64,000 bases of DNA, taken from NCBI GenBank assembly GCA_902785055.1, contig CACZXG010000003.1, positions 3,295 through 67,294 of the forward strand, written 5' to 3'. Each line of letters begins with the position of its first letter. The first letter of the stretch is position 1. This document shows, in pieces, positions 18,273 to 27,508 of this stretch. Source of the stretch: an uncultured Lachnospiraceae bacterium. GTDB lineage: Bacteria; Bacillota; Clostridia; Lachnospirales; Lachnospiraceae. The position numbers and the translations under genes are program-made. The notes beneath the pieces were generated by a model. That model had not been told where the DNA came from. It saw only the letters and a list, made by a program, of their open reading frames with translations, and made no database searches.

Positions 18273-21200
18273 CGTTTTCCTCCTCCGCGCCGAACAGCGC
18301 GGCTGTCAGATACTCCTTTTTCGTATATTCGCTGAGCAGCTGTACCGTCTTTTCGCGTTCCTTGAGCGCATCCGCTCTGGACACGGCGTCAATCTGAGCG
18401 AACCGGTCCGTCCGCGCCAGGTCGATCCTCGCGTCCTGTCCGATAGTGCCGCTCTCTACAATACTTTTCTCCTCGGGATCATCAGTTATAAAATAGTGCA
18501 CCTGCTCTCCGTAGAACAGGAAGAAGGAACTCACATAGAACCCCCTCACCATCTCCTTCATCTCTCTCGCCATGAAGGGCTCCTGCCTGCCGCCTCTTTC
18601 CAGGGCGCAGTGAATTACCACATGGCCTCTTGCCCCTCTGACGCCTGCGGGGTTGTGATACTCGATCATCGTCTCCCGGTCGTACAGGCGCAGTCCCGGA
18701 CCTGCTCCGGCGAACTGCCGGTAGAAAGGAAATACGATCTCCTCCCGGAGAAGGGAAGTCAGAAATCTCTTTGCCGTGTCCGCTTCGTCCTCTGTGAAGC
18801 TGTCTGTTCTGTCAGCCAAAGTCTTGAGGTAAGCCAGTCTGCAGATCGCGGGGAGCTCATGTCCCTCTCCGGCCGCCTCTGTGATCAGCTTCATGATCCC
18901 CGGATCCATGGCATGCCAGTCAGCGAAAACATAGTGACAGTACTGGGAAATACCGGCCGCCGCCAGCGCCCTGTGCCTGTCCCCTCTTCTGTACTGTCTC
19001 AGGAGCAGTTCCTCCTGACCTGCGGCCATCTCACCGCTGAAGAGCATTTGGGAGAGAAGCCTGTCCTCGGCTTTTGTGACCAGCGGATCCTCGTCTGCTT
19101 CTGCCTCCGCAAATTCCAGGATCACATCTCTCACACGCAGAAGATCTTCTGTCAGTCCGTTATAACTGCTCAGTATGAGCGCAAGAACATCGCTGCTGTG
19201 CTCTCCCCGCTCGAAAGCTGCCCAGGCGATCCTTCCCGCCTGTTCCTGCCTGCTTTCATCTGCCTCAGCGTCTGCAGCAGCTCCCAGCGCCACTGCCGCC
19301 AGAAGTTCCGCAGGGCAGTGATCCGCGCCGCTCACCGCGAGCCAGTCCGCGGCTTCAGTATACATTCCGCACCTCGCCATCAGCCCGATCGTCCTGACCC
19401 GGTCCTCCGCGCCCAGTTCACCGGGCTCAAGAGTTCCCGCCATTCCCCGCAGTTTCTCCCGGTCACCGGTCCTCTCATAATAATCCATGAGCCTGAGCTT
19501 GAGCCTGATCCTGTACGAGGGCGCGATTCCGGCGGATCTCACCAGGATCTCACAGTACTGCAGCGTCTCGTCCGTGACTTCGAAGGACTCCCCGGCTGCG
19601 CCCGAGATCTCCAGCGCGAACGGAAGGTCCGTCATCTCCTGTACCGAGACCTGATCCGGTGCCTGGACAGGATCCATCATCCTGTCACAGGTATAGGGCA
19701 CACTTGCTGTGTAGCGGTTGTGCTGCGCGTCCTCCAGAAAGATCCTGTTGTCTTCCCCGTAGATCGGGAGCACACAGTTTCCGTTCTCAATAGGATAGCT
19801 ACGCTCCTTGCTGCTCTGCTCATAGATCGTCACTGCTCTCTTCATATACAAATGCGTCGTCCGCAAATGCGACAGATAGGAGAGTTTAGTCAGGTCCCCT
19901 GCGTTGTCAGGTCTGATCTGCGGGTCCTTAAGCGCAGCTGTATAGAGCGCCGCCAGGTTGTCCGACATGCGGTGCTCCGAGATCTGTACTTCCAAAAAGT
20001 TCCGGATGTCATCCGCGCACTGCCTGAAAACTTCCGGATAGCGCTCTCTGTTTTGGTACAGATATCTGTAGAAATATGTCCTGCTTCCATTCGAGAGCAT
20101 GCTTCCTCTGAAGGTTTGTCTCATCACGCTGTCCGGAATGACACCCTCGTAGTCCTCCGGCATCGACTGCAGAAAGCACTCGGAAAGCCTCATCAGGGAC
20201 AGATCTTTGTCCACAGCTCTGGAATACCAGACAAAATAATCCGGTCCCGTTTTGTTCCCCCTGATCAGCAAAGTGCAAATGCTCTTAAGGATCCGGGGCT
20301 GCATTGCCCGCATCCTCTCCTGTCCGTAGGCAGTCGTGAGAATACGATAAAGAGACCGCGAAAATTCTCTTCTGCGGTCGGACCTCTCCAGTACGCTCTC
20401 CATGGTCTGCGGATCAAGAAGTTCCTTCCTGATCGCATAGAGAAGAACCTGCCTCTCAAATGCATCTCCCCCGTATCTTCCTGTTCTGCGGTCCTCCTGA
20501 AGGCTCAGATAGGCGGGGTCCGCATGGATCATGTCCCACGCCTCCAGATACAGAAGGGGGCTCCTGCTGCCGTTCGTATACTGCTTTTTCAGGAAATTCC
20601 AGCGCGCCGGAAGCCCCGGAGCGTATTCGGGGAGCAGCTGCATCATCATCCAGGAGATCCTCCAGTCCGAGGGATTCCTTCTGTAGCGCTCCCTGAGGAT
20701 CCTTCCCACTCTGGGCGTGATCACGTCAGCGTCATGATAGGCCAGCGCGGTCAGAAACTGCCTGTAGCAGTACTCGATATCCGACTCATCTTTGTACTGG
20801 CTGTACCCCATTTCCAGTACTTCTCCCGGTGCGACGCCTGCAAGCTTTCTCCGGACATTTTCCAGTTCCGTGACAGCCTGATGGATCCTGTTTTCCATAA
20901 GCAGGATCTGCGCGGCGTAGAGTCTGGGCAAAATACTGTCTCTTCGCAGAAACGACAATCTTTTGACCAGTTCGTCCGCCTGCCTGAGCCACTCGCCGTC
21001 GTCGATCCCGCTCTCGAGTCCCTGGGTCTGTCTTGCCCAGCCGGTATGCAGCCTCTCATAGTGGCGCATCATTTCTATGAGAGCTCTTCTGCTCTCTCTC
21101 TCCTGCCTCGCTCTGGCGTCGCTCTTTCTTCTGTAAATGATCTCCACCGGGATCTGGATCTCCTGATAGGGTGACCTGAGAATGATCCTCCCGAAATTGC

Positions 21201-22041
21201 GTCCCGCGTGAAGCCTGTGCTTCTCCACTTTATAGGTGAAAACACATGTATCTCCTATGAAGTCTCCTCCCTCAAGAACTGACGATGCAGGTGTGAGGAA
21301 AGAACCTGACATACTAACCCTCAGCTTCGTATAGCCCCATCCGCGTCTTCGGATCGCTATCCGATACTCCGTATTCTGGGATTCTCTGGCGGAACTGCCG
21401 ATCTCAAGGATCTCTGTCCTGATCTCTTTTATGTCCGTGAGGAATTCAACGGGATCCTTCCCGCAGGCAGCGATCAGGAACTCTTCTACATTCTGCTCAT
21501 TGCCGGGATACTGCGAGAGCCCTCTGTACAGCATCTGCTCCTCTTTAGTGACCAGGGACTGCGCGAAATCCTTTCTGTAAAAAAGTCTCACAGCGCTTCC
21601 CCAGTCTTCATCCGCGAGAGTAAGAAATCTCTCTGCCGCGGCGTTCCGGTTCCGGATCTCCTGCATTTCTCTTCCCGCTGTCTGCGGTGTCACGAGCTCT
21701 GCCCTGAAAGGAATCCTGTACTCGCCGCAGTTGGAAACTACTCCGATCATTCCCTCGCAGACATCGCCTTCCCTCAGGCTTCCGGCATCAAACCGCCAGC
21801 TGATCCTGTCAGGATTCTCGGCAAAACTGTCCCTTCTGAGCTGCATGTGGAAGTTGTCCGATGTCAGAAATCCCGTCACTGCAGTTCCCGGCGCTCCTGC
21901 CACCACAAACTGCCCTTCCGCGACTGCGCCGGGCATCACTGTAAACTGTATCTTATCCGGTGTGATGCTCAGCCCTTTATCCGAAATATTATATTCTTCG
22001 TCAGCCATATTGGCGGCTGTGTACAACTCTCGATATCCCAT
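18250..22041 (-). CDS. Large DUF5717-like protein (about 1260 aa; start uncertain, 22008-22080)
   Basis: Long ORF with host codon style, beta-rich N-terminal modules, helical middle, FFLFYGE..HYFI C-terminus; overlaps next gene. Confidence 0.7.
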   Translation of the reverse strand: MGYRELYTAANMADEEYNISDKGLSITPDKIQFTVMPGAVAEGQFVVAGAPGTAVTGFLTSDNFHMQLRRDSFAENPDRISWRFDAGSLREGDVCEGMIGVVSNCGEYRIPFRAELVTPQTAGREMQEIRNRNAAAERFLTLADEDWGSAVRLFYRKDFAQSLVTKEEQMLYRGLSQYPGNEQNVEEFLIAACGKDPVEFLTDIKEIRTEILEIGSSARESQNTEYRIAIRRRGWGYTKLRVSMSGSFLTPASSVLEGGDFIGDTCVFTYKVEKHRLHAGRNFGRIILRSPYQEIQIPVEIIYRRKSDARARQERESRRALIEMMRHYERLHTGWARQTQGLESGIDDGEWLRQADELVKRLSFLRRDSILPRLYAAQILLMENRIHQAVTELENVRRKLAGVAPGEVLEMGYSQYKDESDIEYCYRQFLTALAYHDADVITPRVGRILRERYRRNPSDWRISWMMMQLLPEYAPGLPARWNFLKKQYTNGSRSPLLYLEAWDMIHADPAYLSLQEDRRTGRYGGDAFERQVLLYAIRKELLDPQTMESVLERSDRRREFSRSLYRILTTAYGQERMRAMQPRILKSICTLLIRGNKTGPDYFVWYSRAVDKDLSLMRLSECFLQSMPEDYEGVIPDSVMRQTFRGSMLSNGSRTYFYRYLYQNRERYPEVFRQCADDIRNFLEVQISEHRMSDNLAALYTAALKDPQIRPDNAGDLTKLSYLSHLRTTHLYMKRAVTIYEQSSKERSYPIENGNCVLPIYGEDNRIFLEDAQHNRYTASVPYTCDRMMDPVQAPDQVSVQEMTDLPFALEISGAAGESFEVTDETLQYCEILVRSAGIAPSYRIRLKLRLMDYYERTGDREKLRGMAGTLEPGELGAEDRVRTIGLMARCGMYTEAADWLAVSGADHCPAELLAAVALGAAADAEADESRQEQAGRIAWAAFERGEHSSDVLALILSSYNGLTEDLLRVRDVILEFAEAEADEDPLVTKAEDRLLSQMLFSGEMAAGQEELLLRQYRRGDRHRALAAAGISQYCHYVFADWHAMDPGIMKLITEAAGEGHELPAICRLAYLKTLADRTDSFTEDEADTAKRFLTSLLREEIVFPFYRQFAGAGPGLRLYDRETMIEYHNPAGVRGARGHVVIHCALERGGRQEPFMAREMKEMVRGFYVSSFFLFYGEQVHYFITDDPEEKSIVESGTIGQDARIDLARTDRFAQIDAVSRADALKEREKTVQLLSEYTKKEYLTAALFGAEEENDAIYQTT

Positions 22042-22119
22042 ATTCTTATGCTCCGAACCACATAGTTTCCCAATATACAAGCATTATAGCACGGAATTCT
22101 TTCGAACAGTATAACGCGG

Positions 22120-22260
22120 AAGTGTATACACTTTCAGTAACTACTTTTCACGGATGGGTAAGAACCGCAGAAAAAAGAGATGGCATCCTCGTGCCATCTC
22201 TTTTAATTACATTAATCTTCCCCATCCGTGAAACCGAAGTGCATGACGGGGTATATACTC
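22120..22260. repeat. Inverted-repeat element (about 45-bp arms) enclosing the htpG terminator
   Basis: TTTCACGGATGGG in the left arm and CCCATCCGTGAAA in the right arm; arms homologous to those at 56416-56750. Confidence 0.7.
22171..22204 (-). terminator. htpG intrinsic terminator
   Basis: AAAAGAGATGGCA...TGCCATCTCTTTT hairpin with A/T tails. Confidence 0.8.
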
Positions 22261-22272
22261 AGGCTCATCAGA

Positions 22273-24384
22273 TTACTCTTCTTCGCCCTGCTTCGTCAGC
22301 ATCAGCATGATCTCGTTGGACCTGACGATGAAGCCTGCCATATCTTCAGCGGACAAAGGCGCATTCTGGATCTGCGCCAGGTCATAGAGCTGCTGGCAGA
22401 TCATCTTGGTGTTCTTGTCCTCTTCGTGTTCCATGACATATTTGACCAGAGGGTGCTTGGCGTTGAGGATGAGGGTCTGTCCCTCCTTGGCAAAGCTGTC
22501 CAGTCCCATGGGCATGCCGGATGCGGCGTACATCTTCATCATGTCTGCCATTCTGCGGCTCTGCTCGTCCACAGTCAGCATGGAAGCGGTCTTCTTGTCG
22601 CGGAGATTCTCAAGTTTGACGCTGAGCTTGTCGTTCTTCACAGCCTTGCGGATCATCTTCTCGAGTTTCTCAGACTCTTCCTTAAGTGTCTCGGCAGCCT
22701 TCTTGCCGGTGCGGGACTTGAGGGCCTCCTGGATGTCCGCGTCGATCCTTGCGAAGTGCAGTCCTTCATTCTTCGCCTCCAGCTGCTGGATGAAGGGCTG
22801 GTCGATCGTGTGCTCGAGGATAAAGGCCTGCATCTTGTTGTCACGGAACATGCGGATATACTGGCTCTGCTGCTGGGGATCTGTCACGTAGTAGATCGTG
22901 TGGTCCACGACCTCTTCTTCCTTCTTCTCATCATTTTCGGCCTTTTCGCCGTTCTCGTCTACAACTTCCGCTTCTACTTTCTCGCCGTTCTCATCCGTTG
23001 CAGTCTCTGCTGCTTTCTCCTCCTCGTCTGCCTCGGGATCGATCCTGTTGACATTGAGGGCCTCGGGAGTGGTCAGATACTTGCCGTCCAGATCCTTGAA
23101 GAGGATGTAATCAGTCATTCTTGTGCAGAATTTGTCGTCCTTAAGGCAGCCGTACTTGATGAAGGGGCTGATGTCATCCCAGTACTTATCGTAGTTTTCC
23201 TTGTCGGTCTTGCACATGCCGGCAAGTTTGTCCGCGACCTTCTTGGTGATATAATCGCTGATCTTCTTTGCAAATCCGTCGTTCTGGAGCGCGCTTCTGG
23301 AGACGTTCAGAGGAAGGTCAGGGCAGTCGATCACGCCCTTGAGGAGCATCAGGTACTCCGGAATGACTTCCTTGATGTTATCGGCAATAAATACCTGGTT
23401 GTTGTAGAGTTTGATCACGCCTTCGGCGGACTCGTACTCGAGATTGAGCTTCGGGAAATACAGAATACCCTTGAGGTTGTAAGGATAGTCCATGTTCAGG
23501 TGGATCCAGAACAGGGGCTCTTTGTAGTCCCTGAAGACGTTTCTGTAAAACTCTTTGTACTCCTCTTCGGTGCACTCGCTGGGATTCTTGCCCCAAAGCG
23601 GATGTGTGTCGTTGAGAAGGACCGGGCGCCTGCGAATCTTGAGTTTCTTCTCCTCCGGCTCCTTGCCGTCCTCTTTCTTCTCAGGCTCGATGACCTCGAT
23701 CACTACGTCGTCGGGTCTTCTTTCAGATTCTTTGATCGTTTCCGTTGCGCTGGTGTCCTTCTCGGAGAGATAGATCTCCGTGGGCATGAAGGAGCAGTAT
23801 TTCTCGATCACTTCCTGAGCCTTGTAGTAGTTGGCAAACTCTACGCAGTCCTCAGTGAGATGCAGTGTTACGGTCGTGCCAAAAGACTGCCTGCTGCCCT
23901 TATCCATGGAGTAGGTGCTGCCGCCGTCGCACTCCCAGTGTACCGGCTCCGCGCCCTCCTGATAGGAAAGAGTATCGATGGTAACCAGATCTGCCACCAT
24001 AAATGCGCTGTAAAAGCCCAGTCCGAAATGACCTATGATCTGGTCATCGCTGGTCTTGTCTTTATATTTTGCCAGGAAAGCTTCCGCGCCGGAGAAAGCG
24101 ATATTATTGATATACTCTCTGACCTCATCCGCTGTCATTCCGATGCCGTTGTCAGATACGGTGATCGTCCTGTCCGCAGGGCTGACAATGATATCGATCC
24201 TCGCTTTGTAGTCCTCGGGCAGTGTGAAATCGCCGACTACATCAAGCTTTTTGAGTTTGGTGATGGCGTCGCATCCGTTGGAGATCAGCTCCCTGTAGAA
24301 AATATCGTGGTCGCTGTACAGCCACTTCTTGATGATAGGAAACATATTCTCGCTGTTAATGGACAAAGATCCTTTTTCTGCCAT
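22273..24384 (-). CDS. htpG: Molecular chaperone HtpG (Hsp90)
   Basis: LYS..DIFYRELISN, DNGIGMT, IGHFGLGFYSAF, LPLNVSR..LQ. Confidence 0.97.
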   Translation of the reverse strand: MAEKGSLSINSENMFPIIKKWLYSDHDIFYRELISNGCDAITKLKKLDVVGDFTLPEDYKARIDIIVSPADRTITVSDNGIGMTADEVREYINNIAFSGAEAFLAKYKDKTSDDQIIGHFGLGFYSAFMVADLVTIDTLSYQEGAEPVHWECDGGSTYSMDKGSRQSFGTTVTLHLTEDCVEFANYYKAQEVIEKYCSFMPTEIYLSEKDTSATETIKESERRPDDVVIEVIEPEKKEDGKEPEEKKLKIRRRPVLLNDTHPLWGKNPSECTEEEYKEFYRNVFRDYKEPLFWIHLNMDYPYNLKGILYFPKLNLEYESAEGVIKLYNNQVFIADNIKEVIPEYLMLLKGVIDCPDLPLNVSRSALQNDGFAKKISDYITKKVADKLAGMCKTDKENYDKYWDDISPFIKYGCLKDDKFCTRMTDYILFKDLDGKYLTTPEALNVNRIDPEADEEEKAAETATDENGEKVEAEVVDENGEKAENDEKKEEEVVDHTIYYVTDPQQQSQYIRMFRDNKMQAFILEHTIDQPFIQQLEAKNEGLHFARIDADIQEALKSRTGKKAAETLKEESEKLEKMIRKAVKNDKLSVKLENLRDKKTASMLTVDEQSRRMADMMKMYAASGMPMGLDSFAKEGQTLILNAKHPLVKYVMEHEEDKNTKMICQQLYDLAQIQNAPLSAEDMAGFIVRSNEIMLMLTKQGEEE

Positions 24385-24462
24385 GTCTTTTATCTCCTTT
24401 ACTGTCTATATGATCTTACAATGATTAACAATGTAATGGCCTTTTATGCCTGTCTAACAGAG

Positions 24463-24491
24463 AGTTTAGTATTCCCGAAGTTAAATGTCAA
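24463..24491 (-). promoter_or_regulatory. Sigma-A promoter of htpG
   Basis: Minus strand TTGACA-17 bp-TAAACT. Confidence 0.7.
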
Positions 24492-24498
24492 CAAAAAA

Positions 24499-24525
24499 TT
24501 AGCACTCATTAAACATGAGTGCTAA
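24499..24525. promoter_or_regulatory. CIRCE operator (HrcA site)
   Basis: Perfect TTAGCACTC-N9-GAGTGCTAA just upstream of the htpG -35. Confidence 0.95.
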
Positions 24526-24546
24526 CAATTCCTCTTTTATCATTGT

Positions 24547-25236
24547 TTACTGCCTGATCTCTTCTTCCTCTTTGACCTTCTGGCCCAGATAGGAATTTCC
24601 GAAATATTTGGCGTAAACCTCGGAGAATCCCGGCGTCTCGGACAACTGAGGAATGTCTGCCAGTTTCACCGTATCCCAGAGTTTTTCATTCAGGTCATAG
24701 TCCAGCGTCGTACAGAAACTGTCATATCTCTCCTCGAAGTCCGTGCCTACGCTCTTGTACACTTTTTGAGCCAGCGCGTACTGCTCAAATAGTCTGCGCA
24801 GCGTATCTTCCTCGATTCCCAGATACTTCCTCTCCTCCTCGGACAGCCCCTCATAGTATTCGGTCTCCGCCTCATCGGCGAGGCTTTCTTCAGCGTCCGT
24901 CAGCATGATGTTGTCCTGCACAGCCAGAAGCAGCATTACCTTGAGGCGGGAAGCCTCCGAGAGAGCTCTCTGTTCAATGGACTCCCTCAGTTCACCGCCC
25001 TCAGACCCTTCCCAGACTCCGTGGCCGAATGTCCTCTCACAGTGTTTCTGAAGGTTGAGAAGAAAGACATTGTATTCCGAGATCAGGCACCGGGTATTTC
25101 CGACTCTGAACAGTTCGTCCTTCTCGAATCCCCTGGTCATGACCAGTCTCCGTCCGCAGCCGGACAGAAACAGAGAGCAGATCACAAATATGACCGGAAT
25201 AACAGCGCGCACTGCTCTCTTTGAGATTTTCCACAT
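24547..25236 (-). CDS. Lipoprotein, PrsA/SurA N-terminal-like, no evident parvulin domain
   Basis: Lipobox LSGC; helical SurA-like pattern (LLAVQDNIMLTDAE). Confidence 0.6.
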   Translation of the reverse strand: MWKISKRAVRAVIPVIFVICSLFLSGCGRRLVMTRGFEKDELFRVGNTRCLISEYNVFLLNLQKHCERTFGHGVWEGSEGGELRESIEQRALSEASRLKVMLLLAVQDNIMLTDAEESLADEAETEYYEGLSEEERKYLGIEEDTLRRLFEQYALAQKVYKSVGTDFEERYDSFCTTLDYDLNEKLWDTVKLADIPQLSETPGFSEVYAKYFGNSYLGQKVKEEEEIRQ

Positions 25237-25302
25237 AAACTCACTCCGTCCTTTCCGTAATGGGTAAGCAGCGATCACCGCCGCTCTGCCAATCTGTTTC
25301 TC

Positions 25303-25794
25303 TTACTTTTTCCTCTCGTATCGCACGAAAGTGTAAGCGATGTCAAAATATGTCTGCTCGTCACTGTCTGCCGTCACCTCCCAGTCCGGATCCTCGTCCA
25401 GGTTGGGGAAATAGGAATCCGCCTCATAGGCATAATCTATCTTTGTGATATGAGCTGTATCGCAGTAGGGGAGCATCTGTCTGTAAATACTCTCACCGCC
25501 TATGATATAGACATCTTCAGAAGGATAGGCGCGCAGTTCTCCCATCAGTTCCTCTATGCTGTGCACGACCGTCGCGTTCCTGACTTTGTAGGAACGGTTC
25601 GAGGACAGCACAATGTTTATTCTGCGGTCGAGGGGCTGCCCCATGGGGAAAGTCTCCAGTGTCTTTCTGCCGTAAACGATGACCTTGTCAAGCGTCTCCT
25701 GCCTGAACATCCTCTGGTCACCGGGGATCCTGACCAGAAGCTGTCCCTTGTTGCCTATGGCCCAGTTCTGATCCACTGCAGCGATTAAATTCAT
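25303..25794 (-). CDS. folA: Dihydrofolate reductase
   Basis: IAAVDQNWAIG, GRKT, PL..R.NIVLS, IIGG, ADSYFP. Confidence 0.95.
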   Translation of the reverse strand: MNLIAAVDQNWAIGNKGQLLVRIPGDQRMFRQETLDKVIVYGRKTLETFPMGQPLDRRINIVLSSNRSYKVRNATVVHSIEELMGELRAYPSEDVYIIGGESIYRQMLPYCDTAHITKIDYAYEADSYFPNLDEDPDWEVTADSDEQTYFDIAYTFVRYERKK

Positions 25795-25829
25795 ATATTT
25801 ATTTCTCCTATCTGTCTTTTAGACTATCA

Positions 25830-27443
25830 TTATTTGCGGTCTACCCTGTACTTCTCGATCAGTGCGTCCAGATCCTGCGAGAAGCGCTCCAGATCCTTGT
25901 TGGGAAGGCCATGACAACTGTTGATAAACTCGAGGATCCTGCGGCCTGTGAATTTGAGCTTCGTGAAGGAGCTGCTCACCATTCTGCCTTCCGTCGCCTT
26001 GCTGATCGGAATTCCCGACGTTATCAGGATAAACTTGCCAGCCGCAAGATCGTACCTTGTTCCGCTGTACGGTGCTGCTGATCTGATCCCGCACTCTTGC
26101 GTCAATGTCTTTGAGAACATTTCGGCCACCTGGTCCTCTCCGTGTACGACAAAGACCTGGCGGGGCTTGTACTTAAAGGCCTCGATCCATTCTAAAAGCC
26201 CGAGTCTGTCGGCGTGTCCGGAAAGTCCCGGAAGGGTCTCTATTTTGGCCCTTACCGCCACATCCTCTCCAAAGATCTTGATCTCCTTCGCGCCGTCCTG
26301 GATCTTTCTTCCGGGTGATCCGACCGACTGATACCCCACCATGAGGATCGTAGAGTCTTCCCTCCACAGATTGTATTTGAGGTGGTGCTTGATACGTCCC
26401 GCGTCGCACATGCCCGAAGCGCTGATGATCACCTTGGGCTCCTCAATAAAGTTGATTGCTTTCGAATCTTCTGTAGTGATCGAAAGGTGCAGGTTCGGGA
26501 AGCCGATCGGGTTGATCTCTTTGGAAAGAAGGTCCAGCGCTTCGTCATCATAGCATTCCTGTCCGCACTCGTAGAAGATCTGCGTTGCCTCTACTGCGAG
26601 CGGACTGTCCACATAGACCGGGAAGTTCGGGAAATCCGGCACCATATTTTTCTCTTTGATATGGCGGATATAGTAGAGCATGACCTGTGTCCTGCCGATC
26701 GCAAAGGCAGGGATGACGACGTTTCCGCCCCTGTGGAAGGTCTCGGAGATAATGTCCGCCAGATCCCGGACCACATCTACGTCATCTTTCTCATGGATCC
26801 TGTCTCCATAAGTCGATTCCATGACCACATAGTCGGCCTCCGTCGTATATTCGGGGTCTTTAAGGAGCGGCTGCATCTTGTTTCCGATATCACCGGAAAA
26901 CACGATTTTCTTCTCCGTATTTCCCTCCTGCAGCCACAGTTCGATACTCGCTGATCCGAGAAGATGGCCTACATCAGTAAAGCGGAAGCGGATCCCATCA
27001 CTCACCGTGAAGATCTTGCCGTAGGGATACTCTACGAATAGTTTGATCGTCTCAACGGCGTCCTCCATCGTATAGATCGGCTCATATCCCTCGCCGTCAA
27101 TCTTTCTCTTTGCCTTCTTGTTGCGCCACTGAGCCTCCATTTCCTGGATGTGCGCCGAATCCTTGAGCATGATATTGCAAAGACTGGCCGTCGCTCTTGT
27201 CGAAATGATCTGTCCCCGGAATCCATCGCGATACAGCTTCGGAAGCATTCCGGAGTGATCGATATGTGCGTGGGTCAGAAAGACAAAATCTATTTCCGAA
27301 GCCGGAACAGGCATATCCGCGTTTTCAAACCGGTCAATCCCCTGTTCCATACCACAGTCGACCAGGAATTTCTTCTTACCGACCTGCAGATAGTGACAGC
27401 TCCCCGTCACCTCATGATCAGCACCCAAAAACATTAATTCCAT
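25830..27443 (-). CDS. MBL-fold metallo-hydrolase, beta-CASP family RNase
   Basis: EVTGSCH, THAHIDHSG, GHLLGS, MESTYG, SGHAD, VHGE. Confidence 0.9.
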   Translation of the reverse strand: MELMFLGADHEVTGSCHYLQVGKKKFLVDCGMEQGIDRFENADMPVPASEIDFVFLTHAHIDHSGMLPKLYRDGFRGQIISTRATASLCNIMLKDSAHIQEMEAQWRNKKAKRKIDGEGYEPIYTMEDAVETIKLFVEYPYGKIFTVSDGIRFRFTDVGHLLGSASIELWLQEGNTEKKIVFSGDIGNKMQPLLKDPEYTTEADYVVMESTYGDRIHEKDDVDVVRDLADIISETFHRGGNVVIPAFAIGRTQVMLYYIRHIKEKNMVPDFPNFPVYVDSPLAVEATQIFYECGQECYDDEALDLLSKEINPIGFPNLHLSITTEDSKAINFIEEPKVIISASGMCDAGRIKHHLKYNLWREDSTILMVGYQSVGSPGRKIQDGAKEIKIFGEDVAVRAKIETLPGLSGHADRLGLLEWIEAFKYKPRQVFVVHGEDQVAEMFSKTLTQECGIRSAAPYSGTRYDLAAGKFILITSGIPISKATEGRMVSSSFTKLKFTGRRILEFINSCHGLPNKDLERFSQDLDALIEKYRVDRK

Positions 27444-27508
27444 AATCGGCCCTCCCTTTTTTTCACTGTGCCTTATGCAGAAGTCATTTTATGTGCCCGG
27501 AACCGTTG

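Noticed and set aside
22228-24525. 765-aa antisense ORF over htpG, and similar long antisense ORFs at 12984-14549, 18496-21174, 39831-41150, 46849-48327, 49464-50930 and 61859-63175
   Set aside because: They mirror recognisable genes on the opposite strand and are explained by codon usage that makes antisense stops rare.
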